From positions 1-54,688 of the forward strand of contig JBCBRU010000002.1 of the NCBI GenBank assembly GCA_039819565.1: a stretch of DNA of 54,688 bases, given 5' to 3'. Origin of the DNA: Myxococcota bacterium. Lineage in GTDB: Bacteria > Myxococcota > Kuafuiibacteriia > Kuafuiibacteriales > Kuafuiibacteriaceae. The notes under the pieces are model-generated. The model ran no database searches. It was not told the DNA's origin and saw nothing but the letters and a program-made list of their open reading frames with translations. Shown piece after piece: positions 17,941 to 27,582 of the stretch (position 1 is its first letter; each line of letters opens with the position of its first letter). The position numbers and the translations under genes were made by a program.

Positions 17941-20900
17941 TCAGAACAGCTCCGCGAGCTTTCGACGGAGATCGTCCCGCCCGATGGGCTTGACCAGGTA
18001 GCCGTCGAAACCCGCTTCCTCCGCGGCCAGGAGGTCCTCGGAGCGACCGTATCCGGACATGCCGATCATGGGAATGGTGGCCAGATCCGGGCGGGCTTTG
18101 AGCTGTCGCGCCACCTCGAGTCCGCTCATACCCGGCAGTCCCACGTCACAGAGGATGCCGTCGGGCCGGCGAGCCTCGACCTCCTTCAAAACATCCTCCC
18201 CGTGATCGAGCAGCCGAACCTGGTGTCCTTCGCGCGACAGGAGTCGTTTGGTCATCTGGGCGACGTCCGGGTTGTCCTCCACGAGGAGGATCTCCAGTTT
18301 GGGAGTGCTGCCCCTCGCGCGGGGTTCGCCCGAGGAGCTCTCTCGCCGCGGCAGCTCGAGGACGAGGACCGCGCCTCCCTCCGAGGTGCGGTCCTCGGCC
18401 CGTAACGTACCTCCGTGAAGCTCCGCGAAGCCTCGGGCGATCGCCAAGCCCAGACCGAGGCCGCCCGCTTGGGGCCCGCGTGACTGTTCTCCCTGCTCGA
18501 AAGCCTCGAACATGCGTTGTTGGAACTCCGGCGTGATTCCCGGTCCGCTATCTGTGACCCGTACCTGCACCGCGCCGGGAAGAGGGCGCATTTCCACCTG
18601 GACCTCGCCCTGAGGGGGCGTGAAGCGCACGGCGTTGGTGAGAAGGTTGCTGAGTATCTGAGTGAGTCGGGTGGCGTCGCCGAGCACCTCGACCTCTCGA
18701 TCCAAACGTCGTGACTTCAAGAGCACGTGCGCTCGGTCGGCGGCCGCCTGATGATCCGCAACCACCCCCTTCACGAGGCGACCGAGGTCGAGCGCCGTCT
18801 TGTGCAGGCTCACTTTACCTCGGCTCAAGCGAGCGGCATCGAGGAGATCGTCGACCATCCTCGTCATGTGCACCGCCTGGCGGCCGAGCACGTCCACGGA
18901 AGCGTGGAGATCCTCTTCCCGCCGATCCTCCATGGCGAGGAGCTCCACCGCGTTGTTGATCGCCGCCACCGGGTTACGGAGCTCGTGGCTCAACATCGCG
19001 AGGAACTCGTCACGGCGCTGGCCGGCCTCAATCAAAGCCTGCTGGTAGCGCTTGGCGTCCGTAGTTTCCTGCACGACCGCGCTGACCAACCTCACTTCGG
19101 TCCGGGTGTCGTTCCACAAGGGAATGTAGCTCGCGACGAAGGACCTCTCTTCGCCCTCGCGATTCACCTCGACCTCCACCCCCATGACCGGCTCGCCGGT
19201 CACGAAGACGCGTTCGATGTCCACGGCGATGACGCTACCTGTCTCTTGAAGCAGGTCGGGGAGGCTCCGGCCGAGGTGCTCGTCCACCGTATGGCCGTCC
19301 AGCTGGGCGAGAGAGGGGTTGAGCCGCACCCACTCCATATTGCGGTTCATCAGCGCGAGGCCCACCGGGGCGGTGTCATAGATGACTCTGAGCTCGTCTG
19401 CGGTCCGCTGCAAACGACCTTCGCTCTCTTCCACCTTGCGTCGAGCCTCGACCTGGTCGGTGACGTCCATCGCGAAGGTCATGACGCCGACCGGACGTCC
19501 TTCAGGATCGTGGTGGCGCTGCACGACCTGTGAGAACTGGCGGGTGGTCCGGCCTTTTCCGCCCGGGCCGGGGAGATCGATGTCGAACTCTCCCACGAGC
19601 GCGGGGGTGCCGGTGCGATAGACATCGTCGAAACGCTCGATGACTCCCGAGCCGATGACCTCGGGCACGGCTTCGCGCACCGAGCGACCGAGCAAGGGCC
19701 GCCGCCCCAGCGCCTCATCGTGGAGTCGATTCGAAAAGGTGTAGACGTGCTCCGGGCCCTCGTGCAGGGCGATCAGCGCGGGCGCCTCCATAAAGAGGCG
19801 CTCGAGCCGGGACTTCTCGTTCTCGGCCACTCGCCGCGCCTCGCGGAGTTCGGCCTCGGCCCGATCGCGGTCCGCGGCGTGGGCAAAGACGTGGGTGGCG
19901 CCCTCGAGGAAGGTCGCGTCAAAAGCATCGAAACCTGCCTTGCGGCGGGAGAAGACGGCGAGGACCCCGAGGGTTCCCGGTCGGGCGTGAACGGCGCACG
20001 CTACCAGTGAGATCACGTCTTCGTGATGGAGGACGGGGATGCTCTCGAAGCGCATCTCCCGGATATCCCCGACCGCCACGGGGCCGGCCTGCTGAAGGGC
20101 GAGCGCCACCGGGTTGGAAGACGAGACTCGGAAGGCGACGTTCGGTTCAGTCCATCCGTAGCCGGCCCGAAGGATGAGTTTCTTACCTTCGTCCGTCAGC
20201 TCGAACCATCCCGTGAGGTCGGCCGCCAGGGATCGCTGAACCTCCGCCACCAGTCTTTGGAGGGTCTGAGCCGACGGAACGAGATCCAAGGCCGCGAGAC
20301 CCATGTGGGTGAGGGCCGCTTGGTGCCGATGGGCTCGGGCCGCCTCGTCGCGGCTGCGCTGGATCTGACTGATGTCGATGAAGTGGATGATGACCCCATC
20401 GATGCGGCGGTCCTGAGTGCGGTAGGGGAGGATCCTCCGGACGAAGCGCGCCTCGCCGATGGGGATCTCTTCCTCCTCGCTGGCCAGGGACTCGATCACC
20501 CGTCGGGCTGCCGTCGCGAGCTCGGGGGCGACGAGAGACGAAGGGGGCATGTCGCCGATCGCATGCCCGATGAGGGTGCCGTTCAAGCCGAGGAGGCGGC
20601 CGGCCACCGGGGTGTAGCGCTTGATGCGGAGCTCGTCGTCGAGAAAGAGCGTGGCCAGGTCCGTACTCGAGAAGAAGTTGCTGAGATCGTCGTTGTTCCG
20701 CTGAAGCTCGCTCACCTTCTCGCGGAGCTGCTGGTTCACCTTCGACAGCTCCTCGTTGAGGGACCGGAGCTCCTCCGAGGTCGACTCGAGCTCTTCGTTG
20801 GAGGACTGCAGCTCCTCGTTGACGCTGGTCGCCTCCTCGTTGGCGACCCGGAGGTTTTCGTTGGCGATCGCGAGCTCCGAAACCGTGAGTCGCAGGTCGG

Positions 20901-22794
20901 TTCGCACCCGCTCCAGCTCGAGCTCGAGCTCTTCGCGCTCGGCGTCGGTGGCGGGGCCAGGGAGCGCCCGAGCCTCGGTCTCGACCCGGTGGAAAGCCAC
21001 CGCGATGTGGCTCGTGCCCGCCACTGGGGCCAGCTCGATCCGCACGTTGGCGTCCTCCGAGCGCACCGTCACTTCGGCCGGCTGACCTTCGCTCGAGGAT
21101 TGGAAGAAGGCGGCGCGCACGCGGAGCTGGAACGGGTCGGCGAGAGCGTCGAAGAAGCTCCCCGAGGGGGTTCCCGACGGGACCCGCAGGTACCGCGTTA
21201 CGTCACCATGCACGTAGAGGATCCGACCGTCTCCACCCACCACCACGCTCGGAGGCAGCAGCGCTTCGAGCCCGCGACGCACCGCCACCTCCGGCTCTCT
21301 CGCCGGGCGGACGAGGCTCGGCACCCTGGGGGATACGACGGGGAGCGGAATCGAGACGTCGCGGGTCCGGAAAATCCGAGCTCCCTCGCCCTCCGCGGCG
21401 AGAAAGTACTCCGAGGCGACGCCCACGGTCTCCGAGTCCCCGAGAAAGAGGGCCCCGCCGCCGCGGAGCACGAACGCAAAACTCTCCAGAATGCGCCGCT
21501 GACGCACCTTTCGGATATAGATGAGGAGGTTTCGGCAGGAGATGAAGGACAGGCGGGAGAACGGGGGGTCGGTGGTGACGTCGTGCCTCGCGAAAGAGAT
21601 TCGATCCCGCAGAAAGGGCTCGACTCGATACCGTCCGTCGTCCGTCACGGCGAAGAAGCGGCTCCGGCGCGTATCGGAGATGGGCTCTACGTCGCTCGAC
21701 GAATAGATTCCGGCCCGAGCCACGGTCAGAGCATCCTCGTCGACGTCGGTCGCGAAGACCGTCAAGTCATCGGCGCTTCGCTTCGCCCCTTCGAGCGCCT
21801 CCACGAGAAGCATCGTCAGGGTGTAGGCTTCTTCGCCGGTGGCGCATCCGGGCACCCACGCCCGGAAGGGGGCGGCCGGGTCCAGCTCAGCCACCAGGGA
21901 AGGCAGGACCTCGCGCTCGACGGCGGCCCAGCTCGCCGGATCACGAAAGAACGCGGTGACGCTGACCATGAGGTCGCGCACGAGCATGCTTCGCTCCTCG
22001 GCGCTCGTAGCGAGCCGCTCGAGGTAGGCCCCTTCGTCGGTCGAAGACGCAAGAACCATCCGGCGGCTCAGTCGCCGGCGAAGGGTAGACTCCCGATAGG
22101 CTTCCGGGTCGAACGTGCCCTCGGTCTTGAGGAGGCGGGTGACGTTGCGCAAGAGATCGGCGTCGTCGCTCTGCGTGTTCCCGGCGCGATCTCCTCCCTT
22201 CAAGTCCAGAGCCACCGTCGCCAGAAAGGAGCCCATCTCTCGGGGTTCCAGCACGCGGTCCACGAGTCTGGCTTCGATGACGGAAGCCGGCATCGAGGGC
22301 TCGGCCGCCGTCGAGGGGTCCTGAGCGAGGGACAGCCCGCCGTGGGCCTTGATAGAACGAAGGCCGTTGGTCCCGTCCTGTCCCGCCCCGGAAAGGACGA
22401 TAGCGGCGCTTCGATCGTCAAAGACCCGAGCCAGGGAGCTGAACAGGGTATCGATCGGCCACCGGTCCGGGGTCTTGAGGTCTCGATGCGTCAATTGCAG
22501 TTGACCGCTCTCGAGCTCCAGTTCGAAACCGGGGCCCACCAGATAGACCCGTCCGGACTCTATCTGCAGTCCTGCATGCGCCTCGAAGACCGGCAGGTCG
22601 GTCGTCTCCTCGAGGCTCCGGCGGAGCCCGCTTCGCTCGTGGTCTTCCAAAGAGGTAGGCACGACCAAGAAAGCGAGGTCGTTCGAGGGCGCGAAGGGAC
22701 GTAGGAGGTCCCGGAGCGCATCGAGCGCCCCACCTGATGCGCCCACGCCCACTACCATCCGCGGGGCCGCGGCGGTCGAGGCTGAAGGGGCCAT
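17941..22794 (-). CDS. CheB-methylesterase/CheR-methyltransferase/PAS/GAF/PAS hybrid sensor histidine kinase with C-terminal receiver (1617 aa)
   Basis: CheB-like N-terminus VVGVGASGGALDAL. CheR SAM site FRAWVPGCATGEEAYTL. Coiled-coil ELQSSNEELESTSEELRSLNEEL followed by a PAS domain. HisKA H-box FLAMLSHELRNP. HATPase blocks NLLTNAVRF, DSGPGI and GGLGLGLAI. Receiver ILLVEDNPD...ILCDVGLPGMSG...GYLVKP. Confidence 0.9.
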   Translation of the reverse strand: MAPSASTAAAPRMVVGVGASGGALDALRDLLRPFAPSNDLAFLVVPTSLEDHERSGLRRSLEETTDLPVFEAHAGLQIESGRVYLVGPGFELELESGQLQLTHRDLKTPDRWPIDTLFSSLARVFDDRSAAIVLSGAGQDGTNGLRSIKAHGGLSLAQDPSTAAEPSMPASVIEARLVDRVLEPREMGSFLATVALDLKGGDRAGNTQSDDADLLRNVTRLLKTEGTFDPEAYRESTLRRRLSRRMVLASSTDEGAYLERLATSAEERSMLVRDLMVSVTAFFRDPASWAAVEREVLPSLVAELDPAAPFRAWVPGCATGEEAYTLTMLLVEALEGAKRSADDLTVFATDVDEDALTVARAGIYSSSDVEPISDTRRSRFFAVTDDGRYRVEPFLRDRISFARHDVTTDPPFSRLSFISCRNLLIYIRKVRQRRILESFAFVLRGGGALFLGDSETVGVASEYFLAAEGEGARIFRTRDVSIPLPVVSPRVPSLVRPAREPEVAVRRGLEALLPPSVVVGGDGRILYVHGDVTRYLRVPSGTPSGSFFDALADPFQLRVRAAFFQSSSEGQPAEVTVRSEDANVRIELAPVAGTSHIAVAFHRVETEARALPGPATDAEREELELELERVRTDLRLTVSELAIANENLRVANEEATSVNEELQSSNEELESTSEELRSLNEELSKVNQQLREKVSELQRNNDDLSNFFSSTDLATLFLDDELRIKRYTPVAGRLLGLNGTLIGHAIGDMPPSSLVAPELATAARRVIESLASEEEEIPIGEARFVRRILPYRTQDRRIDGVIIHFIDISQIQRSRDEAARAHRHQAALTHMGLAALDLVPSAQTLQRLVAEVQRSLAADLTGWFELTDEGKKLILRAGYGWTEPNVAFRVSSSNPVALALQQAGPVAVGDIREMRFESIPVLHHEDVISLVACAVHARPGTLGVLAVFSRRKAGFDAFDATFLEGATHVFAHAADRDRAEAELREARRVAENEKSRLERLFMEAPALIALHEGPEHVYTFSNRLHDEALGRRPLLGRSVREAVPEVIGSGVIERFDDVYRTGTPALVGEFDIDLPGPGGKGRTTRQFSQVVQRHHDPEGRPVGVMTFAMDVTDQVEARRKVEESEGRLQRTADELRVIYDTAPVGLALMNRNMEWVRLNPSLAQLDGHTVDEHLGRSLPDLLQETGSVIAVDIERVFVTGEPVMGVEVEVNREGEERSFVASYIPLWNDTRTEVRLVSAVVQETTDAKRYQQALIEAGQRRDEFLAMLSHELRNPVAAINNAVELLAMEDRREEDLHASVDVLGRQAVHMTRMVDDLLDAARLSRGKVSLHKTALDLGRLVKGVVADHQAAADRAHVLLKSRRLDREVEVLGDATRLTQILSNLLTNAVRFTPPQGEVQVEMRPLPGAVQVRVTDSGPGITPEFQQRMFEAFEQGEQSRGPQAGGLGLGLAIARGFAELHGGTLRAEDRTSEGGAVLVLELPRRESSSGEPRARGSTPKLEILLVEDNPDVAQMTKRLLSREGHQVRLLDHGEDVLKEVEARRPDGILCDVGLPGMSGLEVARQLKARPDLATIPMIGMSGYGRSEDLLAAEEAGFDGYLVKPIGRDDLRRKLAELF

Positions 22795-22906
22795 GCCTCA
22801 GGCTCGCATCCCCCTGGAGAGATGGACACCTCGACCCCGCGATTTCCCGACTCTCCGGCCGTGGGGGCGCGCAAAGTGCGACCACGAGAAACCCCCAGTT
22901 CTATCT

Positions 22907-22940
22907 GAGATTGATTATCACTTCCTTAAGTATTTATAAT
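22907..22940 (+). promoter_or_regulatory. candidate sigma70-type promoter with overlapping Fur-box-like site upstream of the ferritin-like gene
   Basis: -35 TTGATT at 22911-22916, an 18-nt spacer, and -10 TATAAT at 22935-22940. GAGATTGATTATCACTTCC (22907-22925) matches 13/19 positions of the E. coli Fur consensus GATAATGATAATCATTATC (hand count). The site lies in the AT-richest part of a divergent intergenic region. Confidence 0.35.
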
Positions 22941-22993
22941 TCCTTCACTTTTCGGCTTTCGCGAGCGCGCTTGGAAATCGTACAAAGAGATTC

Positions 22994-23464
22994 ATGACGA
23001 AGAACCGAGAGGTGATTGGAGCCCTGAACGAAGCCCTGCGGGTCGAGCACACGCTGGCCATGCAGTGCCACCAATACGCTCTGACCGTCTCCGGGCTCTG
23101 GCGTTTGTCGCTCGCGCCCTTCTTCCGAGACCTCGCGGGCGAGGCTCGCGATCACGCCGCGAAGTTCGGGGCCAAGGTGGTAGCTCTGGGGGGCACGCCC
23201 GCCACCCAGCTCGAGGACGTCAGGGACTCCGAGGATGCCTTCGCGATGGTCGAGGACATCCTGGCCCTAGAGCGGCGCGCGATGAGCGTCTATCTGTCCG
23301 CCCTGGCCGTGGTGCCCGAAGGCGACGTGGCGCTGCGCACCATGATCGAGGACCACATCGCCGACGAGCAGCTTCACATCGACGAGATCGAGCAGCTCGT
23401 TCGCGGCGGCGCCCCTGGTCACCAGCGCGCCGTCACGACCGACGGCGTCCGTCGCGCGTCCTAG
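22994..23464 (+). CDS. ferritin-like superfamily protein (bacterioferritin/Dps-like four-helix bundle)
   Basis: VIGALNEALRVEHTLAMQCHQY, GEARDHAAKF and IEDHIADEQLHIDEIEQL align by eye with bacterioferritin helices A, B and D and with Glu/His di-iron ligand positions. Confidence 0.75.
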   Translation: MTKNREVIGALNEALRVEHTLAMQCHQYALTVSGLWRLSLAPFFRDLAGEARDHAAKFGAKVVALGGTPATQLEDVRDSEDAFAMVEDILALERRAMSVYLSALAVVPEGDVALRTMIEDHIADEQLHIDEIEQLVRGGAPGHQRAVTTDGVRRAS

Positions 23465-23484
23465 TCTCAGACCGTCTGACGGCT

Positions 23485-23823
23485 TCAGTCGCGGAGCTTC
23501 CCAGCCCGCTTTTTGGCCTCGTGGCCCTTGAGCCGGGCTGAGAGGGTCCCGGCGGCAACGAACTGGCCGATGTCTTCGAGGGTTCTGTGCCCGACCTTGC
23601 GAAACCAGACCGGACCGTCGCCTCGGTCCACCCCCACCACCGGCGCTTTGCAGATCTTCTGGCATCGCACCTTGGTAATGGTTGCTCCGGCCACGTGCGC
23701 CTCGAGCTGCTTGCGGGGCAGCTTGGTCTTGCTGCAGTCCGAGCCGCGGCAGAGATAGATCTTCAAGGTTTCACCACCACGCCCCAGTCGAACCGCAGCC
23801 GACAAGCCGCCGAAAACCCGCAT
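23485..23823 (-). CDS. thioredoxin-like [2Fe-2S] ferredoxin
   Basis: C-x4-C...C-x3-C pattern (CRGSDCSK...VRCQKICKAP). ATG 23823 was chosen. The first 93 codons of the track ORF are Arg/Ser-rich and overlap the divergent UbiB-family gene. Confidence 0.6.
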   Translation of the reverse strand: MRVFGGLSAAVRLGRGGETLKIYLCRGSDCSKTKLPRKQLEAHVAGATITKVRCQKICKAPVVGVDRGDGPVWFRKVGHRTLEDIGQFVAAGTLSARLKGHEAKKRAGKLRD

Positions 23824-23896
23824 CCCGCGTCCCAGGTGCGGGCCTCCGCACGTTCCGAGGACGCGGACCCCAGGCCTTGCCGCGACCCGTGGCTTC

Positions 23897-25573
23897 GTGG
23901 CCCGATGCGGTGTGTTCCGGGACCTCCAGCGGCTGCGTCGCATCACGCGCACCCTCGCTCGGTACGGCTTTCTGGATATCGTGCGCCGAGATCGGAGCCT
24001 GCGCGATGACGGGGACTTTCCGCCGACCGACGACGGTCTCCCCGCCAGCAAGCCTCGGCGCTTTCGCCTTCTGCTCGAGGAGCTCGGCCCCACCTTCATC
24101 AAGCTTGGGCAGGTGCTATCCGCCCGCCCCGACCTCGTCTCCGCCGAGTACGTGGCGGAGCTTCAGCTTCTCCAGGACCGCTGCGAGCCCCTCGACTTCG
24201 CGGTCATCCGGCAAGCCATCGAGGAGAGCCTCGGGGGCCCTCTCGACGCCTACTTCACCAGCGTAGACGAGGAGCCCCTAGCGGCGGCCTCCATCGCCCA
24301 GGTCCACGAAGCGCGCACCAAGGATGGGGAGCGGGTCGTGGTGAAGGTGCGTCGTCCCGGCATCGACGAGGAGGTCCGCCTCGACATCGACGTTCTCTAC
24401 CGCCTCGCCCAAATCTTGGATGCGGTGTTCGAGGAGAGCGCCGCGGTGGAGCCCATCGGCGTGGTCGAGAGCTTTGAGCGCGGGCTCGCGGAGGAGCTCA
24501 ACTTCCGTCGGGAGGCGATCAACGTTCGGGACTTCGCGCGACATCACGAGGCCCGCCCCGACATCGAGGTCCCGCGGGTCATGGAGGATCTGTCCACGTC
24601 CACGGTTCTGACCATGACCTATATCGAGGGGGTGCCGTTTTCACGGCTTCCGCCCGACGCGGACCGGCCCGCCATCGCCCGCCGACTCGTCAAAGAAGCC
24701 TTCGATCAGGTCTTCGTGGATGGCGTCTTTCACGCGGACCCCCACCCCGGGAACATCCTCTACCTGGGGCCCAGTCGCTATGGCGTGCTCGACTACGGCC
24801 TCCTGGGCCGCCTCACCCGGCAGATGCAGGAGACCTTGGTGATGCTGGCCCTGGGCGTCGCGGTCCGGGACCCCGACACCGTCGCTCGAACCATGTATCG
24901 GCTGGGTCAGTCCGACGAGCGGGTGGACATCGCGGCCCTCCGTAACGATGTGGCCGGGCTCCTCGAGCGCTACGGGGGGCGGGTCATCTCGGAGGTCGAT
25001 ACCCAGCTTCTTACCCGGGATCTCCTCACCTTGGCGGTTCAGCACCGCATACGTATCCCTCCCGAGTACGCCATGCTCGGGCGGGCCGCGACGACCCTCG
25101 AAGGCGTCGTCCGCGAGCTCGACCCGAACTTCGACGCGACCGAGATTGCCAAGCCCTACGCCGAGCGCCTGCTCAAGGACCGTGTGGCTCCCCAAAACGT
25201 ACAGGACGGCCTCTATCGAGCCCTCCTCCAGTTCGATGGCCTTTCTCACGATCTCCCTCTGCAAGTGAGTCAGATCGTGGCGGATCTCGCCTCCAACAGG
25301 CTCGGCCTGCGGGTGGGGGGGCGCAGCGTGGACCGGATCTCCGAGACCATCCGCGCCGCCGCCTACACCATCTCTGCCGCCATCCTCGGTGGGGCCTTCG
25401 TCATCGGATCCTTCATCGGCCTCAGTCGCGTGGACTGGGAGATCGGCGGCGTCCCCATCGTCGGGGTGGTGGGGGCGATCGTGGGGCTCACCGTGATCTT
25501 TTGGCTTGGGGCCTATGTCATGGTGCGGCCGCGCCTGAAGAAGCTGAGTCTCAGTCGCATTCTTTGGCGCTGA
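23897..25573 (+). CDS. ABC1/UbiB-family atypical protein kinase
   Basis: FIKLGQVLSARPDLVSAEYVAELQLLQD, AAASIAQVHEA, VVVKVRRPG and HADPHPGNI. Two C-terminal hydrophobic helices. GTG start. Confidence 0.9.
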   Translation: MARCGVFRDLQRLRRITRTLARYGFLDIVRRDRSLRDDGDFPPTDDGLPASKPRRFRLLLEELGPTFIKLGQVLSARPDLVSAEYVAELQLLQDRCEPLDFAVIRQAIEESLGGPLDAYFTSVDEEPLAAASIAQVHEARTKDGERVVVKVRRPGIDEEVRLDIDVLYRLAQILDAVFEESAAVEPIGVVESFERGLAEELNFRREAINVRDFARHHEARPDIEVPRVMEDLSTSTVLTMTYIEGVPFSRLPPDADRPAIARRLVKEAFDQVFVDGVFHADPHPGNILYLGPSRYGVLDYGLLGRLTRQMQETLVMLALGVAVRDPDTVARTMYRLGQSDERVDIAALRNDVAGLLERYGGRVISEVDTQLLTRDLLTLAVQHRIRIPPEYAMLGRAATTLEGVVRELDPNFDATEIAKPYAERLLKDRVAPQNVQDGLYRALLQFDGLSHDLPLQVSQIVADLASNRLGLRVGGRSVDRISETIRAAAYTISAAILGGAFVIGSFIGLSRVDWEIGGVPIVGVVGAIVGLTVIFWLGAYVMVRPRLKKLSLSRILWR

Positions 25574-25581
25574 GGCCTCGG

Positions 25582-26253
25582 ATGAGAACCCTCACCTCGG
25601 CGCTGGTGCTGTTCGCCCTCCCAGCCTGGGCCATGCCGCGCTTCGTGTCCGATGTCCCCAACGCGACCCAACCGGAGCTCGTCGACGGGCGGCCGTGCCG
25701 CGTGTGTCATGTGCGGCCGCAAGGGGGCGGCGAGCTCAATCCCTTCGGAAAGGACTACGATCGAAACCGAGGTGGCCAGGGCTGGGCGCAGCTCTTCATG
25801 GTGGACTCCGACGGCGACGACCTGACCAACGGGATGGAGCTGGGCGACCCGCGGGGGATATGGACCCCGGGCGCTACCCCCGAACGGACGACGCGTTTGT
25901 CCCTCCCCGGCGATCCAGAGAGTCGACGCCCCCCACTGGATCCCGACGCCGGTGTCGCCGACTCAGGACGGGACGATCTTGCTCCCGGCGACCTGAATGG
26001 CGATGGGCTCGGCCCCCGAGACGAAGGTCAGCTTGCGGATCTCCCGTCCGCCGACTTGGGGCCGACGGATGCGGAAGGGCGCGACCTCGGGATGAGTGAC
26101 CTCGGGACGGCACCCATGTTCGAGAGCTGCACGTGCTCGCGGCGGCCCCCGGCGGGGTCGACGAACGCGGGACTGGTCCTCCTCGGGCTGGCCGGATGCT
26201 GGCTCTTTCGGTGGTCTAGCGAGGGGGCTCTTCAGGGGCGGCGTCGAACATGA
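25582..26253 (+). CDS. secreted protein with CxxCH motif, Asp-rich Ca-binding-like motif and MYXO-CTERM-like tail
   Basis: ATG 25582 gives the signal MRTLTSALVLFALPAWA. Also CRVCH, DSDGDDLTNGMELGDP, and a C-terminal ESCTCS...GLVLLGLAGCWLF hydrophobic tail followed by basic residues. Third positions are G/C-rich. Confidence 0.6.
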   Translation: MRTLTSALVLFALPAWAMPRFVSDVPNATQPELVDGRPCRVCHVRPQGGGELNPFGKDYDRNRGGQGWAQLFMVDSDGDDLTNGMELGDPRGIWTPGATPERTTRLSLPGDPESRRPPLDPDAGVADSGRDDLAPGDLNGDGLGPRDEGQLADLPSADLGPTDAEGRDLGMSDLGTAPMFESCTCSRRPPAGSTNAGLVLLGLAGCWLFRWSSEGALQGRRRT

Positions 26254-27274
26254 AACTCACGATCGCGTAGCGCTCGCCCTCGGTCACCGGCTGGATCCGA
26301 TGAGCGTGGGTGCACGAAAAGATGATGGCGGCTCCAGGCGGTGGGTCGTAAGCACAGGAAGGTCCGTACTCGGGGAAAGCGAGCTTGCCTCCCTCATACT
26401 GCCCGGCGTTGAGGTTGAGGGTGAGGGCGAAGCGACGGTGCTGGGTGGACGGGGCGGTGTTGTCTCGATGGACGCCGAAATGCCCGGAGTCGCTCGCGGC
26501 GTAGGCCACCAGCTTCAGGCGCTCGAACCTCCGTGCGGTAAACTGAAAAGCCTTGGCCACCTCGGGCACCACCCTCTGGCTGATGGTCTGAAACAGCTCC
26601 TGCTCGAGCCCCGGCTCCCCGATCCAGACATCACGCCGAGACTTGCGCGCCGGGTCCACGACCAGCTCTTGGCCGTCGGGGGTGGGCATCGGCGAAGAGA
26701 CGGGGTTCCAGCTCGCAAAGCTCGCGACCAAGCCGCGACACACTTCGGGCGAGAGCACTCGCGGCACCACCAGCACCGGGGCCACTTGCGGGCCGGCCCG
26801 GTACTCGAGCTCGAGGTCACGGAGTGATTGGTCGATGAGACCCAGGAGCCCAGCTACGACCGCGTGAGCGTGGAGCGCCGACGGCTCGACCGCCGCGCCC
26901 TCGAGCACCCTCAGATTGGGATCCGAGACGACGGCTGCACCCTCGGACTGGTCCGGAGACCATCCGAAGAGACGCCGTCGGAGGCTGCCGTCGCTATCGA
27001 CCAGCGTCGCGTCATGGCACGCCGAAGGGACCTCCGTGCCGGCCCCGACGATGGCCAGCGACTGACACTCCCGCTTCCTCGCGGCGTCGTGGACGACCTC
27101 CAAGAAGCGCGCGCCGTCGGCGCGGCTCCACGTCGGAGCGCAGGCTCCGAGCACGAGAGGTCGACCGTCCGCGAACTCATACAGCAAGAGGGTGCGTCCG
27201 TCCGAGACCGGGGCGGCCAGGTTCGGAACGCGGCCGCCACGAGAGAGGGCAGCAAGAGGCTGAGGCGTCGTCAC
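26216..27274 (-). CDS. 2OG-Fe(II) oxygenase (prolyl-4-hydroxylase-like) with an N-terminal extra domain
   Basis: GTG start overlapping the tatA stop (GTGA at 27271-27274). HFGVHRDN (HxD), FSCTHAHRIQPV and GERYAIVSF. The N-terminal ~150 aa is vaguely thioredoxin-fold-like but has no CxxC (low confidence). Confidence 0.75.
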   Translation of the reverse strand: MTTPQPLAALSRGGRVPNLAAPVSDGRTLLLYEFADGRPLVLGACAPTWSRADGARFLEVVHDAARKRECQSLAIVGAGTEVPSACHDATLVDSDGSLRRRLFGWSPDQSEGAAVVSDPNLRVLEGAAVEPSALHAHAVVAGLLGLIDQSLRDLELEYRAGPQVAPVLVVPRVLSPEVCRGLVASFASWNPVSSPMPTPDGQELVVDPARKSRRDVWIGEPGLEQELFQTISQRVVPEVAKAFQFTARRFERLKLVAYAASDSGHFGVHRDNTAPSTQHRRFALTLNLNAGQYEGGKLAFPEYGPSCAYDPPPGAAIIFSCTHAHRIQPVTEGERYAIVSFMFDAAPEEPPR

Positions 27275-27531
27275 GCGGGGGAAGTATCCTTGGCGGGAAC
27301 CTCGGGCGCCGCCGCCTTCGCTTCCGGGCCGGCCCCGAGCTCAGGTTGCGCAGCCTCGCTCTCGCGCTCCATCTCGTGCCTGAAGCTGGTTTCGAAGGCG
27401 TTGGCGGAGGTTTTGAGGTCCTTGAGGCTCTTTCCGAGGTTGCGCCCAAAGGACGGCAGCATCGAGGGCCCCACGACGATCAAGGCTACTCCCACGATCA
27501 TCGCAATCTCCCAAGGTCCAAATCCAAACAT
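27271..27531 (-). CDS. tatA: twin-arginine translocase subunit TatA/E
   Basis: MFGFGPWEIAMIVGVALIVVGPSMLPSFGRNLGKSLKDLK shows the TM helix, FG hinge and amphipathic helix. GGAGA lies upstream of the ATG. Confidence 0.9.
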   Translation of the reverse strand: MFGFGPWEIAMIVGVALIVVGPSMLPSFGRNLGKSLKDLKTSANAFETSFRHEMERESEAAQPELGAGPEAKAAAPEVPAKDTSPA

Positions 27532-27582
27532 ATCTATCTCCGTGGTGTTCGCGAGGCCGCGCGTGTGTCGACCTCACGAGCA

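Noticed and set aside
20023-22704. 893-aa ORF on the plus strand
   Set aside because: It is antisense to the well-supported sensor kinase gene. Its translation is Arg/Gly/Glu-rich with no motifs. This is the typical long antisense ORF of a high-GC genome.
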